Positions 39,254-48,485 of a DNA stretch of 64,000 nt are shown piece after piece. The position numbers and the translations under genes were made by a program. The stretch lies in assembly GCA_963819815.1 (NCBI GenBank), contig CAWFXL010000001.1, forward strand, positions 928,001-992,000, written 5' to 3'. Under the pieces are notes generated by a model, which saw only the letters and a list, made by a program, of their open reading frames with translations, was not told where the DNA came from and did not search any database. This stretch comes from an uncultured bacterium. Its GTDB lineage: Bacteria > Babelota > Babeliae > Babelales > Babelaceae. Position 1 is the stretch's first letter; every line of letters starts with the position of its first letter.

Positions 39254-39827
39254 TGTACTAAACCTAAGCGAGCAGGTAAAAAGATACCAAGAAAAAAGGC
39301 TTCGACGTTGGACTTTCTTTCTCATCGTAAGTATAAGCCTACTTACCTTCTTTGTAGGTACGATTTCGAGTATAGCCTGGTATCGTGTTACCAAAGCTCG
39401 TACACAAAACGAACAGCTGCTTGCTGAACACAAAGAGCTTGCCCATAGGTGGAGCCACCTACAAAAGTCCGCTAAAGAGCTCAAAGCGCTAATCAAAGAA
39501 CAAACGTTACTTGAACGCAACAAGCTTGCACACTACCTAAAATCAGTGTCGGAAAGTATCCCGGTGCATACCTTACTGACCTTGCTTGAATTCAAGGCAC
39601 CACAAACTCTTACTCTACAAGGGTATGCAGAGTCCTTAGAAGAGCTTGGGCTCTTTATGCACCAGCTTGCTAAAAGTGATATTCAGATGCATCTCAAGCA
39701 GGCCTATGCTCTGCACCCGGTGATTTTTTTTAAGATGAGCACTGAGATACCATCAGAAAGTACAGCAAGAAAAAGAGCTCCTCGTAACCAAAAAGCTCCC
39801 AAACTACGTACGCAAAACTCACCATAG
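39246..39827 (+). CDS. PilN-like membrane protein (type IV pilus / T2SS assembly family)
   Basis: N-terminal TM, coiled coil, then SIPVHTLLTLL...LTLQGYAES...LFMHQL as in PilN domains. The ATG overlaps the end of prmC. Confidence 0.6.
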   Translation: MSNVLNLSEQVKRYQEKRLRRWTFFLIVSISLLTFFVGTISSIAWYRVTKARTQNEQLLAEHKELAHRWSHLQKSAKELKALIKEQTLLERNKLAHYLKSVSESIPVHTLLTLLEFKAPQTLTLQGYAESLEELGLFMHQLAKSDIQMHLKQAYALHPVIFFKMSTEIPSESTARKRAPRNQKAPKLRTQNSP

Positions 39828-40155
39828 CACCCATAAAGATAGAAATCTTGCACCTGCAATACACAAGGCACCATATCAGAGTGCCCTGTGTCATACTAAG
39901 AAATTCACCCCGCTCCCCAAAAGTTCCATCCTCCTTTCAAGCGCATGCTCTCTGATCGATTGCGGAAACCTCCCACATCAATCCTTGCTTAAGCAAGCAG
40001 GACTGAGCACTAGACTCACCCTCTCTAAGCATTCAGTTGAGAGCACTGCATACTATTTGAAAGAAAATCACGTAACCATTGCATATGATCAGCCCTTTTA
40101 GGTAGTCTTAAATAAGAAGCAATGATCAAGGCCCACTGAAGGATGGTAGAATGCG

Positions 40156-40398
40156 ATGATCATACGGTATATATTAGCTATGTTAGTCGTTTTACCAGGC
40201 TATTCCTGGGCCGTTACCCTTTATTCTCCCTTCTGCTCAAGCCCCTGTCAAACAACCAAAGGGCCTGGCAGTTATGGAAAGTCTCCTTCAGATGTCCGCT
40301 ACCGCGATGCATGGCAATGGAACCAAGTTCCATGTAATACTCCCTGTAAAAATTCACGCACACCACGATGCCCAGCAAAAAGTTCTGCTCTGCGCTAA
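40156..40398 (+). CDS. Small Cys-rich secreted hypothetical protein
   Basis: Signal peptide MIIRYILAMLVVLPGYSWA; CxxPC occurs twice (CSSPC, CNTPC). The ORF is short, so the call is uncertain. Confidence 0.45.
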   Translation: MIIRYILAMLVVLPGYSWAVTLYSPFCSSPCQTTKGPGSYGKSPSDVRYRDAWQWNQVPCNTPCKNSRTPRCPAKSSALR

Positions 40399-40552
40399 AG
40401 ATACCAACCGATATCTTTTTGTTTATCCAGCATTTTAATGGTATTCTAGAAAATAAATACTGACTACAAAGAGCTCCTTAGTTAAGCACCGATACGTTTT
40501 ACTATACTAAGGCACAATAGTACCCTTTCTCATTGAATAAGAGGTCAATCAC

Positions 40553-42385
40553 ATGGCTAAGATACATCGCCTGGCTCCCGAGGAAGCCCAAAAAATTGCA
40601 GCCGGTGAAGTCGCTGAGCGTCCTGCTAACGTCGTAAAAGAGCTTCTTGAAAATTCCCTTGATGCAGGTGCTACTGATATAACCATATATATTGAAGAAG
40701 GCGGCAAGAAACTCATACGCATTACCGACAATGGCTGCGGTATGAGCAGAGAAGATGCCTATCTCTGTATTGAGCATCATGCAACCAGTAAAATTACCTC
40801 AGTAAACGACCTTGCTTCCATAGCTACCTTTGGGTTTCGTGGAGAAGCACTTTCAAGTATCGCTGCAGTAAGTCAGATGACTCTTATCACTAAAGAGGCA
40901 TCCGCGGATGCAGGGATCTCTTTGTTCATCACATCAGGATCTCCTCCGCAAGAAACAATCGTTGCAACTAATACTGGTACCGATATTTCCGTGAAGGACC
41001 TTTTTTACAATGTTCCTGCTCGACAAAAATTCTTAAAATCATCAGAAACGGAATGGCGCGCCATTGTACAACTGTTCCAAGCAATGTGTCTTGCTCATAA
41101 GCATGTTTCCTTTAAACTTTTTCATAATGATAGAGCTCTTTACACCGTGCCTAAAGCAGAAACTCTTGAAGATCGGATTTGCCAAGTGTTTGAGCCTGCA
41201 TTAAAGAATAAGCTTATCGTGTCTGAATCCCATGAAGAGCGCATGGGACTCTCAATCAAAGCAGCAGTAAGCAAACCGGACTATACTCGCTTTGACCGAA
41301 GTCAGATATTTTATTTTGTGAATAATCGTTGGGTTAAGAACTATAAACTTGGTCAAGCTTTGATTAAAGGATACCAAGGAATGTTGCAGCCACAGCGGTA
41401 CCCTGCAGGTGTGCTCTTTATTACACTCGACGCCCCTTACGTAGATATTAATATTCATCCACGCAAGGAGGAAGTACAGTTCTTGCACCCTCGTATAGTT
41501 ACCGATCTCATCGAACAAACGGTGAACGAGTCGTTGCAGCATGCTCAAGAAAATCTCTTTCGTCCAGCACAATCGTTACCACAGGCAAGCACTCGTGAGT
41601 TTACCGAGCCGCTCCCTAAAACTTTTTGCCCATCGCCTACACGAGAACCTTATCGCGAAGGGCACGCAAAAGTGGCTCACCAAACGCCCCCATCGGTTGA
41701 AAACCAAGATGCCTTTATAAAAGCAGTTACCGCCTATTTTACGCATGAGGAGGGACCACAAGTTCCTAAGGAAACAAACCTTACTATTGTTTCTGATTTA
41801 CAGTATCGTCTCATTGGCCAAATCATGAATACGTATATTCTCATCGAGATAGAAGAGAGCTTAGTCTATGTTGATCAACATGCCGCTCATGAGCGTGTTA
41901 TGTATGAACGTCTACGCTCTCAGTTTGATGAGATAGCACGTGTTCGCTTACTATTCCCTCAAGTGGTACATCTGACAACAAGTGATCTTGATCTGATTGA
42001 ACCTCACCTTGAACTTCTTCAAAGCTTTGGTATTGAAGCACAGCGCATGGCCAAAACAGAACTGGTTATTAATGCGACACCTCTCTTTGTCAAAAACCAG
42101 TCTCTTGATGACTGCATTAAGCAAGCGATCGCCGTACTTCACGAACATCAGTATCTTGATGAAGCTGATTTAAGAAAGATAATTCAAGAGCGCATTCATG
42201 CTCTCCTAAGCTGCAAAGCTGCCGTAAAAGCTGGTGACGAGCTTTCAGACGAATCCATGCATACAATCATCTCAGAGCTCTATAGCTGTGACAATAAATT
42301 AACCTGTCCGCATGGACGCCCTACCGTGTGGGAACTCAAGACAAGCGACCTTGAAAAGAAATTTAAGCGGGACTATCGCTCATAA
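40553..42385 (+). CDS. mutL: DNA mismatch repair protein MutL
   Basis: IAAGEVAERPANVVKELLENSLDAG, GFRGEALSSI, DQHAAHERV and CPHGRP motifs. Confidence 0.98.
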   Translation: MAKIHRLAPEEAQKIAAGEVAERPANVVKELLENSLDAGATDITIYIEEGGKKLIRITDNGCGMSREDAYLCIEHHATSKITSVNDLASIATFGFRGEALSSIAAVSQMTLITKEASADAGISLFITSGSPPQETIVATNTGTDISVKDLFYNVPARQKFLKSSETEWRAIVQLFQAMCLAHKHVSFKLFHNDRALYTVPKAETLEDRICQVFEPALKNKLIVSESHEERMGLSIKAAVSKPDYTRFDRSQIFYFVNNRWVKNYKLGQALIKGYQGMLQPQRYPAGVLFITLDAPYVDINIHPRKEEVQFLHPRIVTDLIEQTVNESLQHAQENLFRPAQSLPQASTREFTEPLPKTFCPSPTREPYREGHAKVAHQTPPSVENQDAFIKAVTAYFTHEEGPQVPKETNLTIVSDLQYRLIGQIMNTYILIEIEESLVYVDQHAAHERVMYERLRSQFDEIARVRLLFPQVVHLTTSDLDLIEPHLELLQSFGIEAQRMAKTELVINATPLFVKNQSLDDCIKQAIAVLHEHQYLDEADLRKIIQERIHALLSCKAAVKAGDELSDESMHTIISELYSCDNKLTCPHGRPTVWELKTSDLEKKFKRDYRS

Positions 42386-43259
42386 CTTCTTTCGCTACCC
42401 GCTCTTTTTCAAGAGCCTTATAGGCATCCCAGAGCTTCTTATGTAATCCCGTATGCCCACCATCACAGCCGGTAACAAGCTGCGTAGTGCCCTTATTAAC
42501 CGCCTTGAGCTTGCCGTAAAAAAGTGCATCATCACGATTAGAGAGCACATCATCCGGCTCCTCAAAATAGACCAAGCATGAAAGGGTAAGACCTTTAAGG
42601 CGCTCAATGCAATCTATTGCCTGAAACCCATTGGTAACGTAGCGTGAAGCAAGAACTTTAAGCATTTCTTCATGAGGACGGGAAGCAAGCAGTTCAGTAA
42701 TTGATTTTAAGGGAGCATCCAATATAACTATTCCACGCGAAACTGCAGCAAGGATAGCACGTGCATCTTCTTGAGCAATTCCTATACGTTGTAACGTATC
42801 TTTATATGAAGGCGTATTGAGAATAGACAATGCAGCAATCACTGCTCCACCACCCGCTGAAAACCCATAGAGATGTATCGTGGACACACCCTTACCGACA
42901 AGCTCTTTTAGGAGATACAGTAATGGCAAATACTCATCGATGGTGCCAAATGAGGTTGTATGAATATCATCTTCACTGCTCACATCATGATCAGGGAAAT
43001 TAAACGTGATAATCGGCAGCGTAACCTGTTTCGCTACAAATTGTCCGATATCCTTGTTTGCTCCATATCCGTGACACGTAACCATGACTTCAGATACGCG
43101 GTATATAAGTTCTATAGAAGGATTATAGGTAAAAAGCAGTTCAGCTTTCTCATTAAGTTGGGTTGCATACAGCGAAGAAGGATTCCCTACATTGTACGAA
43201 CAACTACATACAAAGATCCATAATAGTACTTGCTTGAATAACATATTTTCGCCTCGCAT
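42363..43259 (-). CDS. Secreted alpha/beta-hydrolase-fold protein
   Basis: CHGYG, nucleophile elbow GFSAGG, DDVL and GGH; N-terminal signal-like segment. Alternative start 43244. Confidence 0.75.
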   Translation of the reverse strand: MRGENMLFKQVLLWIFVCSCSYNVGNPSSLYATQLNEKAELLFTYNPSIELIYRVSEVMVTCHGYGANKDIGQFVAKQVTLPIITFNFPDHDVSSEDDIHTTSFGTIDEYLPLLYLLKELVGKGVSTIHLYGFSAGGGAVIAALSILNTPSYKDTLQRIGIAQEDARAILAAVSRGIVILDAPLKSITELLASRPHEEMLKVLASRYVTNGFQAIDCIERLKGLTLSCLVYFEEPDDVLSNRDDALFYGKLKAVNKGTTQLVTGCDGGHTGLHKKLWDAYKALEKERVAKEVMSDSPA

Positions 43260-43384
43260 ATCATTTCACCTATCACGAATTCTGTCTTCTATCGTACGCA
43301 AAAAGCTGTACGTCTGCTATCATAATGGGAAGCTCATGTCGCTTGTTATTGATTGGCTCTACCAAAAGAGTCCATCATCCATCT

Positions 43385-44167
43385 CTATCTTTTGTGTAAC
43401 GTATAACGATGATCTCGATCTTTCAATAGTAGGTATGCTGCAGAATCTCTAGAAGAGCAGACATAGGCACGATACCCTTCCAGGCCTGGCCTACGGTTTG
43501 CTATCATTTCTTCTTTCGTCTTCTCGTCTACGTGACGTGCCCTAATCCAATCCCATCCCAATATATCGTCATCATCAGCATCGACAAAAATCCCGAATTG
43601 AGAGTAGCGCCTGAAGTCGTATGGTTCATCATCAGAGAGCGTAAATTCACCCTCAAACAAAATCAGATCAATTCCCTGTACTGAAAAATCTACTTCTATC
43701 TTAAGAGGAGGCCTAGGCCCTGGATTCCAGACTGGCTTCCGAACAGATTTTTCACCATCTAAAATTTTTTGTAGCGTAGCATGGACTCTCGTAAACTCGA
43801 AACGCCGATGAAAATGTTCGAGATCAAACTGCTCTGGATTATGGAAATCATCCCCTCTTAATATCGCAACTTTGATGCCCTCACGCTCAAGCAATTCAGC
43901 TAATTCTTCTGCAAAGAAACTTTTCCCCACAGCAGAACAACCTGCTATTGCAATCATATTAGGCACCCCGCCTTTACCCTTTTCTTTGACGAGTAATTTT
44001 GCATGTTCTATAACTGGCTTTAATTCATCTGCATTCTGCTGCTTTATATCGTCCACTTCTGTCTTTGCGATCATTTCATCCGCTTCAATGCGTAATAATA
44101 CCAATGAGCTGGAGAAAATTTCAGACGAAGAAAAAGCAAGCATACAGAAAAGAACTCTTTTATACAT
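43385..44167 (-). CDS. Uridine kinase/PRK-family P-loop kinase with signal-like N-terminus, copy 1
   Basis: IAIAGCSAVGKS Walker A, GDDF and LILFEGEF motifs of the uridine/pantothenate kinase family. Confidence 0.8.
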   Translation of the reverse strand: MYKRVLFCMLAFSSSEIFSSSLVLLRIEADEMIAKTEVDDIKQQNADELKPVIEHAKLLVKEKGKGGVPNMIAIAGCSAVGKSFFAEELAELLEREGIKVAILRGDDFHNPEQFDLEHFHRRFEFTRVHATLQKILDGEKSVRKPVWNPGPRPPLKIEVDFSVQGIDLILFEGEFTLSDDEPYDFRRYSQFGIFVDADDDDILGWDWIRARHVDEKTKEEMIANRRPGLEGYRAYVCSSRDSAAYLLLKDRDHRYTLHKR

Positions 44168-44447
44168 TGCGATACTCCTACAACACTAGAACTATAGGTA
44201 ATTTTAGCTAGTATGCACAGATTTGCTCAGTCTGCCAACTACGCAAATTTAGGATAAGTCCGAGAATAGGGGATACTTTTCTTTCCTTAAACATCGCGCC
44301 CGTGCTATTTTTTGTACATGTTAAAGTAGTAACAGCACAAAATAGTCATTTGTAGGCAAAGTTACACCTTTGGATGCTTTTTATCAATTTTTGTTGTATA
44401 CTATAGCGTGATTTCAGAAATTGTTAATTAAGCAATAAGGAGTAATT

Positions 44448-44669
44448 ATGGCATCAACAGTAAAGCTTTCAAAAGAGTTCATTGAGGAGGCTCGTATATT
44501 ATCAAGAGCGTTTAATAGATCGCTTTCTGGCCAAATCGAGCACTGGGCAAAGATAGGAAAACTAGCCGAAGAGAATCCCGATTTAACCTATGATTTTATC
44601 AAAGATATTTTAATTAGTATGAGTGAGGATGAGGCAGGAATGAGAGAGCCCTTTGAATTCGGGAGTTGA
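44448..44669 (+). CDS. ParD-like type II antitoxin
   Basis: TVKLS...RSLSGQIEHWAKIGKLAEENPDLTYDFIKDIL is the ParD-like family pattern; AGGAG SD; coupled to the downstream toxin. Confidence 0.88.
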   Translation: MASTVKLSKEFIEEARILSRAFNRSLSGQIEHWAKIGKLAEENPDLTYDFIKDILISMSEDEAGMREPFEFGS

Positions 44670-44671
44670 TC

Positions 44672-44947
44672 ATGCCAATATATGCTACACCGAACTTCAG
44701 AAGACAAGCCAAGAAATTGCGTGAAAATCAATTAATTGATTTGAAGAATGCCATAGATGTTGTCGCTAAAACTCCTGAAAAAGGCATCCAAAAAAAAGGG
44801 ATATTAGTAGATATTTATGTTTATAAGTTTCGCATGAATAAGCAATTAACCTTGCTTGCCTATAAAGTGGAAAGTGAGGTAATTATTCTTTACTCGATAG
44901 GATCTCACGAAAATTTTTACCGTAACCTTGAACAACACCTTCATTAA
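44672..44947 (+). CDS. RelE/ParE-family type II toxin
   Basis: TPNFRRQAKKL...GIQKKG...VYKF...LLAY...IGSHENFY. Start is ATG 44672 (or TTG 44666 overlapping the antitoxin stop). Confidence 0.88.
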   Translation: MPIYATPNFRRQAKKLRENQLIDLKNAIDVVAKTPEKGIQKKGILVDIYVYKFRMNKQLTLLAYKVESEVIILYSIGSHENFYRNLEQHLH

Positions 44948-45017
44948 GGCAAAATGTAATTATCTCGGAAGCGCTGAGCAACTTACCAAGCGAGTTTTGT
45001 AATCGATCCCTCAAATA

Positions 45018-45800
45018 TTACCTTTTATGCAAGGTATAACGATGATCCCGGTCTTTCAGCAATAGGTATGCTGCAGAATCTCTAGAAGAGCGAACATATG
45101 CACGATACCTTTCCTGGTATGGCTTACGATTAACCATCATCTCTTCTTTCGTCTTCTCCACCCTGCGGCGTGGCCTAATCCAATCCCATCCCAAAATATC
45201 ATCACCATCAGCATCTATAAAAATCCCGAATTCAGAATAGCGCCTAAAATCATAGGGTACGTCGTCACACAGCGTAAACTCACCTTCAAACAAAATAAGA
45301 TTAATTCCCTGTACAGAAAAGTCCTCTTCTATTATAAAAGGAGGCTTTCGCTCTGGGTTCCAAGCAGGCTTGCGTACAGTTTTTTCACCATCTAGAATTC
45401 TTTGCACTGTAGAATGGGCTTTCGCATAGTCAAATCGGGGATGGAAACGTTCGCGATCACACTGGTCTGGATTAATAAAATCATCAGCTCTTAATATAAC
45501 CACCTTTATGCCCTCAGACCTGAGCAATTCAGCTAATTCGTTTGAAAAGAAGCTTTTTCCCACAGCAGAACAACCTGCTATTGCTAGTATCTTAGGAACT
45601 CCATCCGTACCTTTTTCTTTAATGAGTAATTTCGCCTGCTCTATAACTGGCTTTAAGGCTTCAGCATTCTGCCGCTTTATATCGTCCACTTCTGTCTTTG
45701 CGATCATTTCATCCGCTTCAACGCGTAGTAACACCAATGCGCTGGAGAAAATTTCAGATGAAGAGAAAGAGAGCAAACAAAGAAGAACTCTTTTATACAT
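45018..45800 (-). CDS. Uridine kinase/PRK-family P-loop kinase with signal-like N-terminus, copy 2
   Basis: Same length (260 aa) and motifs as 43385-44167; the upstream DNA is also duplicated. Confidence 0.8.
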   Translation of the reverse strand: MYKRVLLCLLSFSSSEIFSSALVLLRVEADEMIAKTEVDDIKRQNAEALKPVIEQAKLLIKEKGTDGVPKILAIAGCSAVGKSFFSNELAELLRSEGIKVVILRADDFINPDQCDRERFHPRFDYAKAHSTVQRILDGEKTVRKPAWNPERKPPFIIEEDFSVQGINLILFEGEFTLCDDVPYDFRRYSEFGIFIDADGDDILGWDWIRPRRRVEKTKEEMMVNRKPYQERYRAYVRSSRDSAAYLLLKDRDHRYTLHKR

Positions 45801-45979
45801 AAGATACTCCTATAACACTGGAACTATAAGTATTTTTAGTATGCACAGAATTGCTCAGTCTGCCAACTACGCAATTCGGGATTATGTTCGAGAATAGGGG
45901 AATACTTCGATTTCTTTAAACTTCTTGCTCAAGCTATTGCTTGCACATGTTAAGTAATGAATGTGCTCTAGGCAGTTGC

Positions 45980-46453
45980 CTACCAAACGAGCCCTATAAT
46001 CGAACTCTTTGCTATAGGCCCAAAAACGCGACTATCATCATGCTGAGCAGAAAGATTATCTGACAGTACAAAGACATGCCCTTGTGGAATCTCCAACGGT
46101 GTATCGATTGCATAGGAGCCTTGCTTCCAGCCGGTCCAATTTCTCTTGATTTTGGTATCTTCAAGTGCAGCACCGTTCACTACGACACTACCTTCATGAA
46201 TCTGCAGAGTATTTGTCGCTAGGGCTACAATGCGGGATATCCACACTTTCCCCTCATGCGTAAATAAGACAATATCGCCAATCTGATAATGTCTCAGATA
46301 TGGAGCTAGTCGATTCAAAAAGGTGTACTGTCCATCCTTAACTGCGGGCTCCATACAATCGCCCGAAACGCGCCAAGGCCAGGCGCATACCCACGCCACA
46401 ATGATCATGGCAATAAGGGTTACCAATATATGCTTAAATGTGAATTTAATCAT
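45980..46453 (-). CDS. Signal peptidase I (S26)-like protein with atypical active-site residues
   Basis: TM, then VSGDCMEP, GDIVLF, ISRIVA and VFVLSDN..DDSRVFGPI boxes. Start is ATG 46453; the longer ORF runs through the tRNA genes. Confidence 0.82.
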   Translation of the reverse strand: MIKFTFKHILVTLIAMIIVAWVCAWPWRVSGDCMEPAVKDGQYTFLNRLAPYLRHYQIGDIVLFTHEGKVWISRIVALATNTLQIHEGSVVVNGAALEDTKIKRNWTGWKQGSYAIDTPLEIPQGHVFVLSDNLSAQHDDSRVFGPIAKSSIIGLVW

Positions 46454-46503
46454 AGTCTCAACTCTTCCTGGCACAAGCAAAAAGTGCGTGCATATGGACA
46501 AAC

Positions 46504-46581
46504 TGGCGTCCCTAAGGGGATTTGAACCCCTGTCTCCGCCGTGAAAGGGCGACGTCCTAGACCAGGCTAGACGATAGGGAC
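46504..46581 (-). tRNA. tRNA-Glu (TTC)
   Basis: GTCCCTA...TAGGGAC acceptor stem, anticodon loop CTTTCAC, GGTTCAAATCC T-arm, encoded CCA. Confidence 0.95.
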
Positions 46582-46591
46582 AGCGATGCTT

Positions 46592-46667
46592 TGGTGAGCC
46601 GTGATGGACTCGAACCATCGACCCACAGATTAAAAGTCTGTTGCTCTACCAACTGAGCTAACGGCTC
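46592..46667 (-). tRNA. tRNA-Lys (TTT)
   Basis: GAGCCGT...ACGGCTC acceptor stem, anticodon loop CTTTTAA, GGTTCGAGTCC T-arm, encoded CCA. Confidence 0.96.
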
Positions 46668-46689
46668 GCTTTCTACAGATATACCTTTA

Positions 46690-46718
46690 AAAGTACTTAT
46701 TTAAGGGTATTTTGTCAA
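46690..46718 (-). promoter_or_regulatory. Promoter of the tRNA-Lys/tRNA-Glu operon (TTGACA-N17-TACTTT)
   Basis: Minus strand TTGACA at 46718-46713 and TACTTT at 46695-46690, just upstream of tRNA-Lys. Confidence 0.55.
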
Positions 46719-46822
46719 GGCAGTGAGGAGGAATTTCAAGCCCTCACTAGCATATCAAATAGTCGATTTCATGCAACTTTTCTCTTATTCGTATCAAAGA
46801 AGCTCTCCAGGCGCCTATTGGC

Positions 46823-48187
46823 TTACTTGGGGCTTAAGAATAACTGCCCTACCTGGCAGTAGATAAATAACCCGAGGATATCCATAATCGTTGCAAGAAA
46901 TGGTCCTGCAGAGTAGGCAGGGTCGAGATTTAAGCGGCGAAGTACGATGGGAATCAAACTTCCCAGAAGGTTAGATACCAATACTACTATTCCTAGGGCA
47001 ACACTAATAGCTAACGCAGCCATAAAACTTCCTGGCGTGAAAATATAGATTCGAACAAATGAGACAACCCCAAGAATAAGTGCTATGATGGCCGCCATCA
47101 GCATTTCTCGCCGCAGAAAACGATGTATATTTAAGCTGGTAAATTCACCTGATGATATTCCCTGGATAGCAAAAGCTGAGGACTGGCTACTGCTATTCCC
47201 TCCGGTACTCTGAATCATAGTCATGAATAAGAAAAGAAACCCTGTCAGCAGTGTTTCGTAGTACTTAATAATCACCGAAGAGAAGATCTGTGTGAGCAGG
47301 AGCAGAATAAGTATAGAGCTTCGTTGAAAGAGCAAGGTTCTAAAGGGAGTCTCAAAATACGTATGCTTAATAGGCCCCACCGCAGAAATTCGGTACACGT
47401 CCTCTGCAGCCTCTTGCTCAAGAACATTGACCAACGCCTCACTGGGAATGATTCCCAGAAAGACATTATTGTCTCCCACGACAGGCACGATCATTTCACT
47501 ATAACGAACCATCTGGTTAGCAATCTTTTCTTGATCTTCATTGACCCCAATAACCAGAGCATTCTGTCGGAGTATTGAAGAAAGTCTTGTTTGCGGCGGC
47601 TTTAAAACAAGGTCTTGAAGTATAATGTGCCCCACCAGCTCATTTTCTTGGTTGGTCACATAAATATGTAGATGCAGCTCTATGCTCGGTTGCAGGCGCT
47701 GCAAGATCTGAATACTTTTTTCGATCGTAAAGTCTTGCATAAGCGTAATAACATCGGTATGCATGATACCGCCAGCAGTATCAGGATCAAATCGTCGTAA
47801 CGATACAACCTTTTCACGATCCCGCTTGTGAAGCAGTTTAAGGTAGACTTTGAGATCTTTATCAGAGAGTTCATCGAACAAATCGGTCAACTCATCAAGA
47901 GGCAAACTGCTCAGCAGATCACTCCTATCCTGGTCCTCAAGAAAAGAGAGGCAGTTAAGCATCATAGGAGATGAAAAATAAGAGAATACCGCCGCTCGTT
48001 GCTGATGCGTAAGCATGGTAAAGAGCCTTTGAGCATCATCTTTTCCACAATCGGATAAAAATTGGGCAATATCGGCAGGATGGAGCTTTATAAATTCTTG
48101 CCATAAGATAACCCCCAATGGAGAGTCCTGCTTCTCCACTGTTTCCATATTATCAGCTATCTGGTCGAGTATCTTCTGTTTATCCAT
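46823..48187 (-). CDS. mgtE: Magnesium transporter MgtE
   Basis: LHPADIA N-domain, TAGGIM CBS pair, GGNSSSQ and DPAYSAGPFLATIMD TM motifs. Confidence 0.93.
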   Translation of the reverse strand: MDKQKILDQIADNMETVEKQDSPLGVILWQEFIKLHPADIAQFLSDCGKDDAQRLFTMLTHQQRAAVFSYFSSPMMLNCLSFLEDQDRSDLLSSLPLDELTDLFDELSDKDLKVYLKLLHKRDREKVVSLRRFDPDTAGGIMHTDVITLMQDFTIEKSIQILQRLQPSIELHLHIYVTNQENELVGHIILQDLVLKPPQTRLSSILRQNALVIGVNEDQEKIANQMVRYSEMIVPVVGDNNVFLGIIPSEALVNVLEQEAAEDVYRISAVGPIKHTYFETPFRTLLFQRSSILILLLLTQIFSSVIIKYYETLLTGFLFLFMTMIQSTGGNSSSQSSAFAIQGISSGEFTSLNIHRFLRREMLMAAIIALILGVVSFVRIYIFTPGSFMAALAISVALGIVVLVSNLLGSLIPIVLRRLNLDPAYSAGPFLATIMDILGLFIYCQVGQLFLSPK

Positions 48188-48485
48188 TATTCTCAGGGCT
48201 ACACAGTCCTACGCTTCACTCATAGCGTAATCCATCTTAGTCTTCCTGTCTACGAGCTGTGCAGGTCCGGTACCTATCATACCCTAAAGAGCATGTTGTG
48301 AGATGTCACTATACTGTTCCTTAGGAATCAAGTATTTTAATGTTTGGGGAGGCCTTACTATATAAAAAGCTTAATGAGCTCTCAATATAACTATGCATGC
48401 GATCTTCAATGATACATCGTCGCGAAATAATTACTCATTCTATCCTTTCATCGCATCTGATACAAACTGAGGCGTCATCGCACCA

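Noticed and set aside
39730..40100. Possible pilO remnant or small hydrophobic ORF after the PilN-like gene
   Set aside because: There is an open plus-strand frame with no start codon and a 54-codon minus-strand ORF, but no recognisable motif in either.
43385..45960. Composite transposon formed by the direct repeats around the TA pair
   Set aside because: The repeats are kinase genes, not IS elements; no transposase or terminal inverted repeats were seen.
46454..46618. N-terminal extension of the 212-aa signal peptidase ORF
   Set aside because: It reads through tRNA-Glu and tRNA-Lys; the plausible start is ATG 46453.
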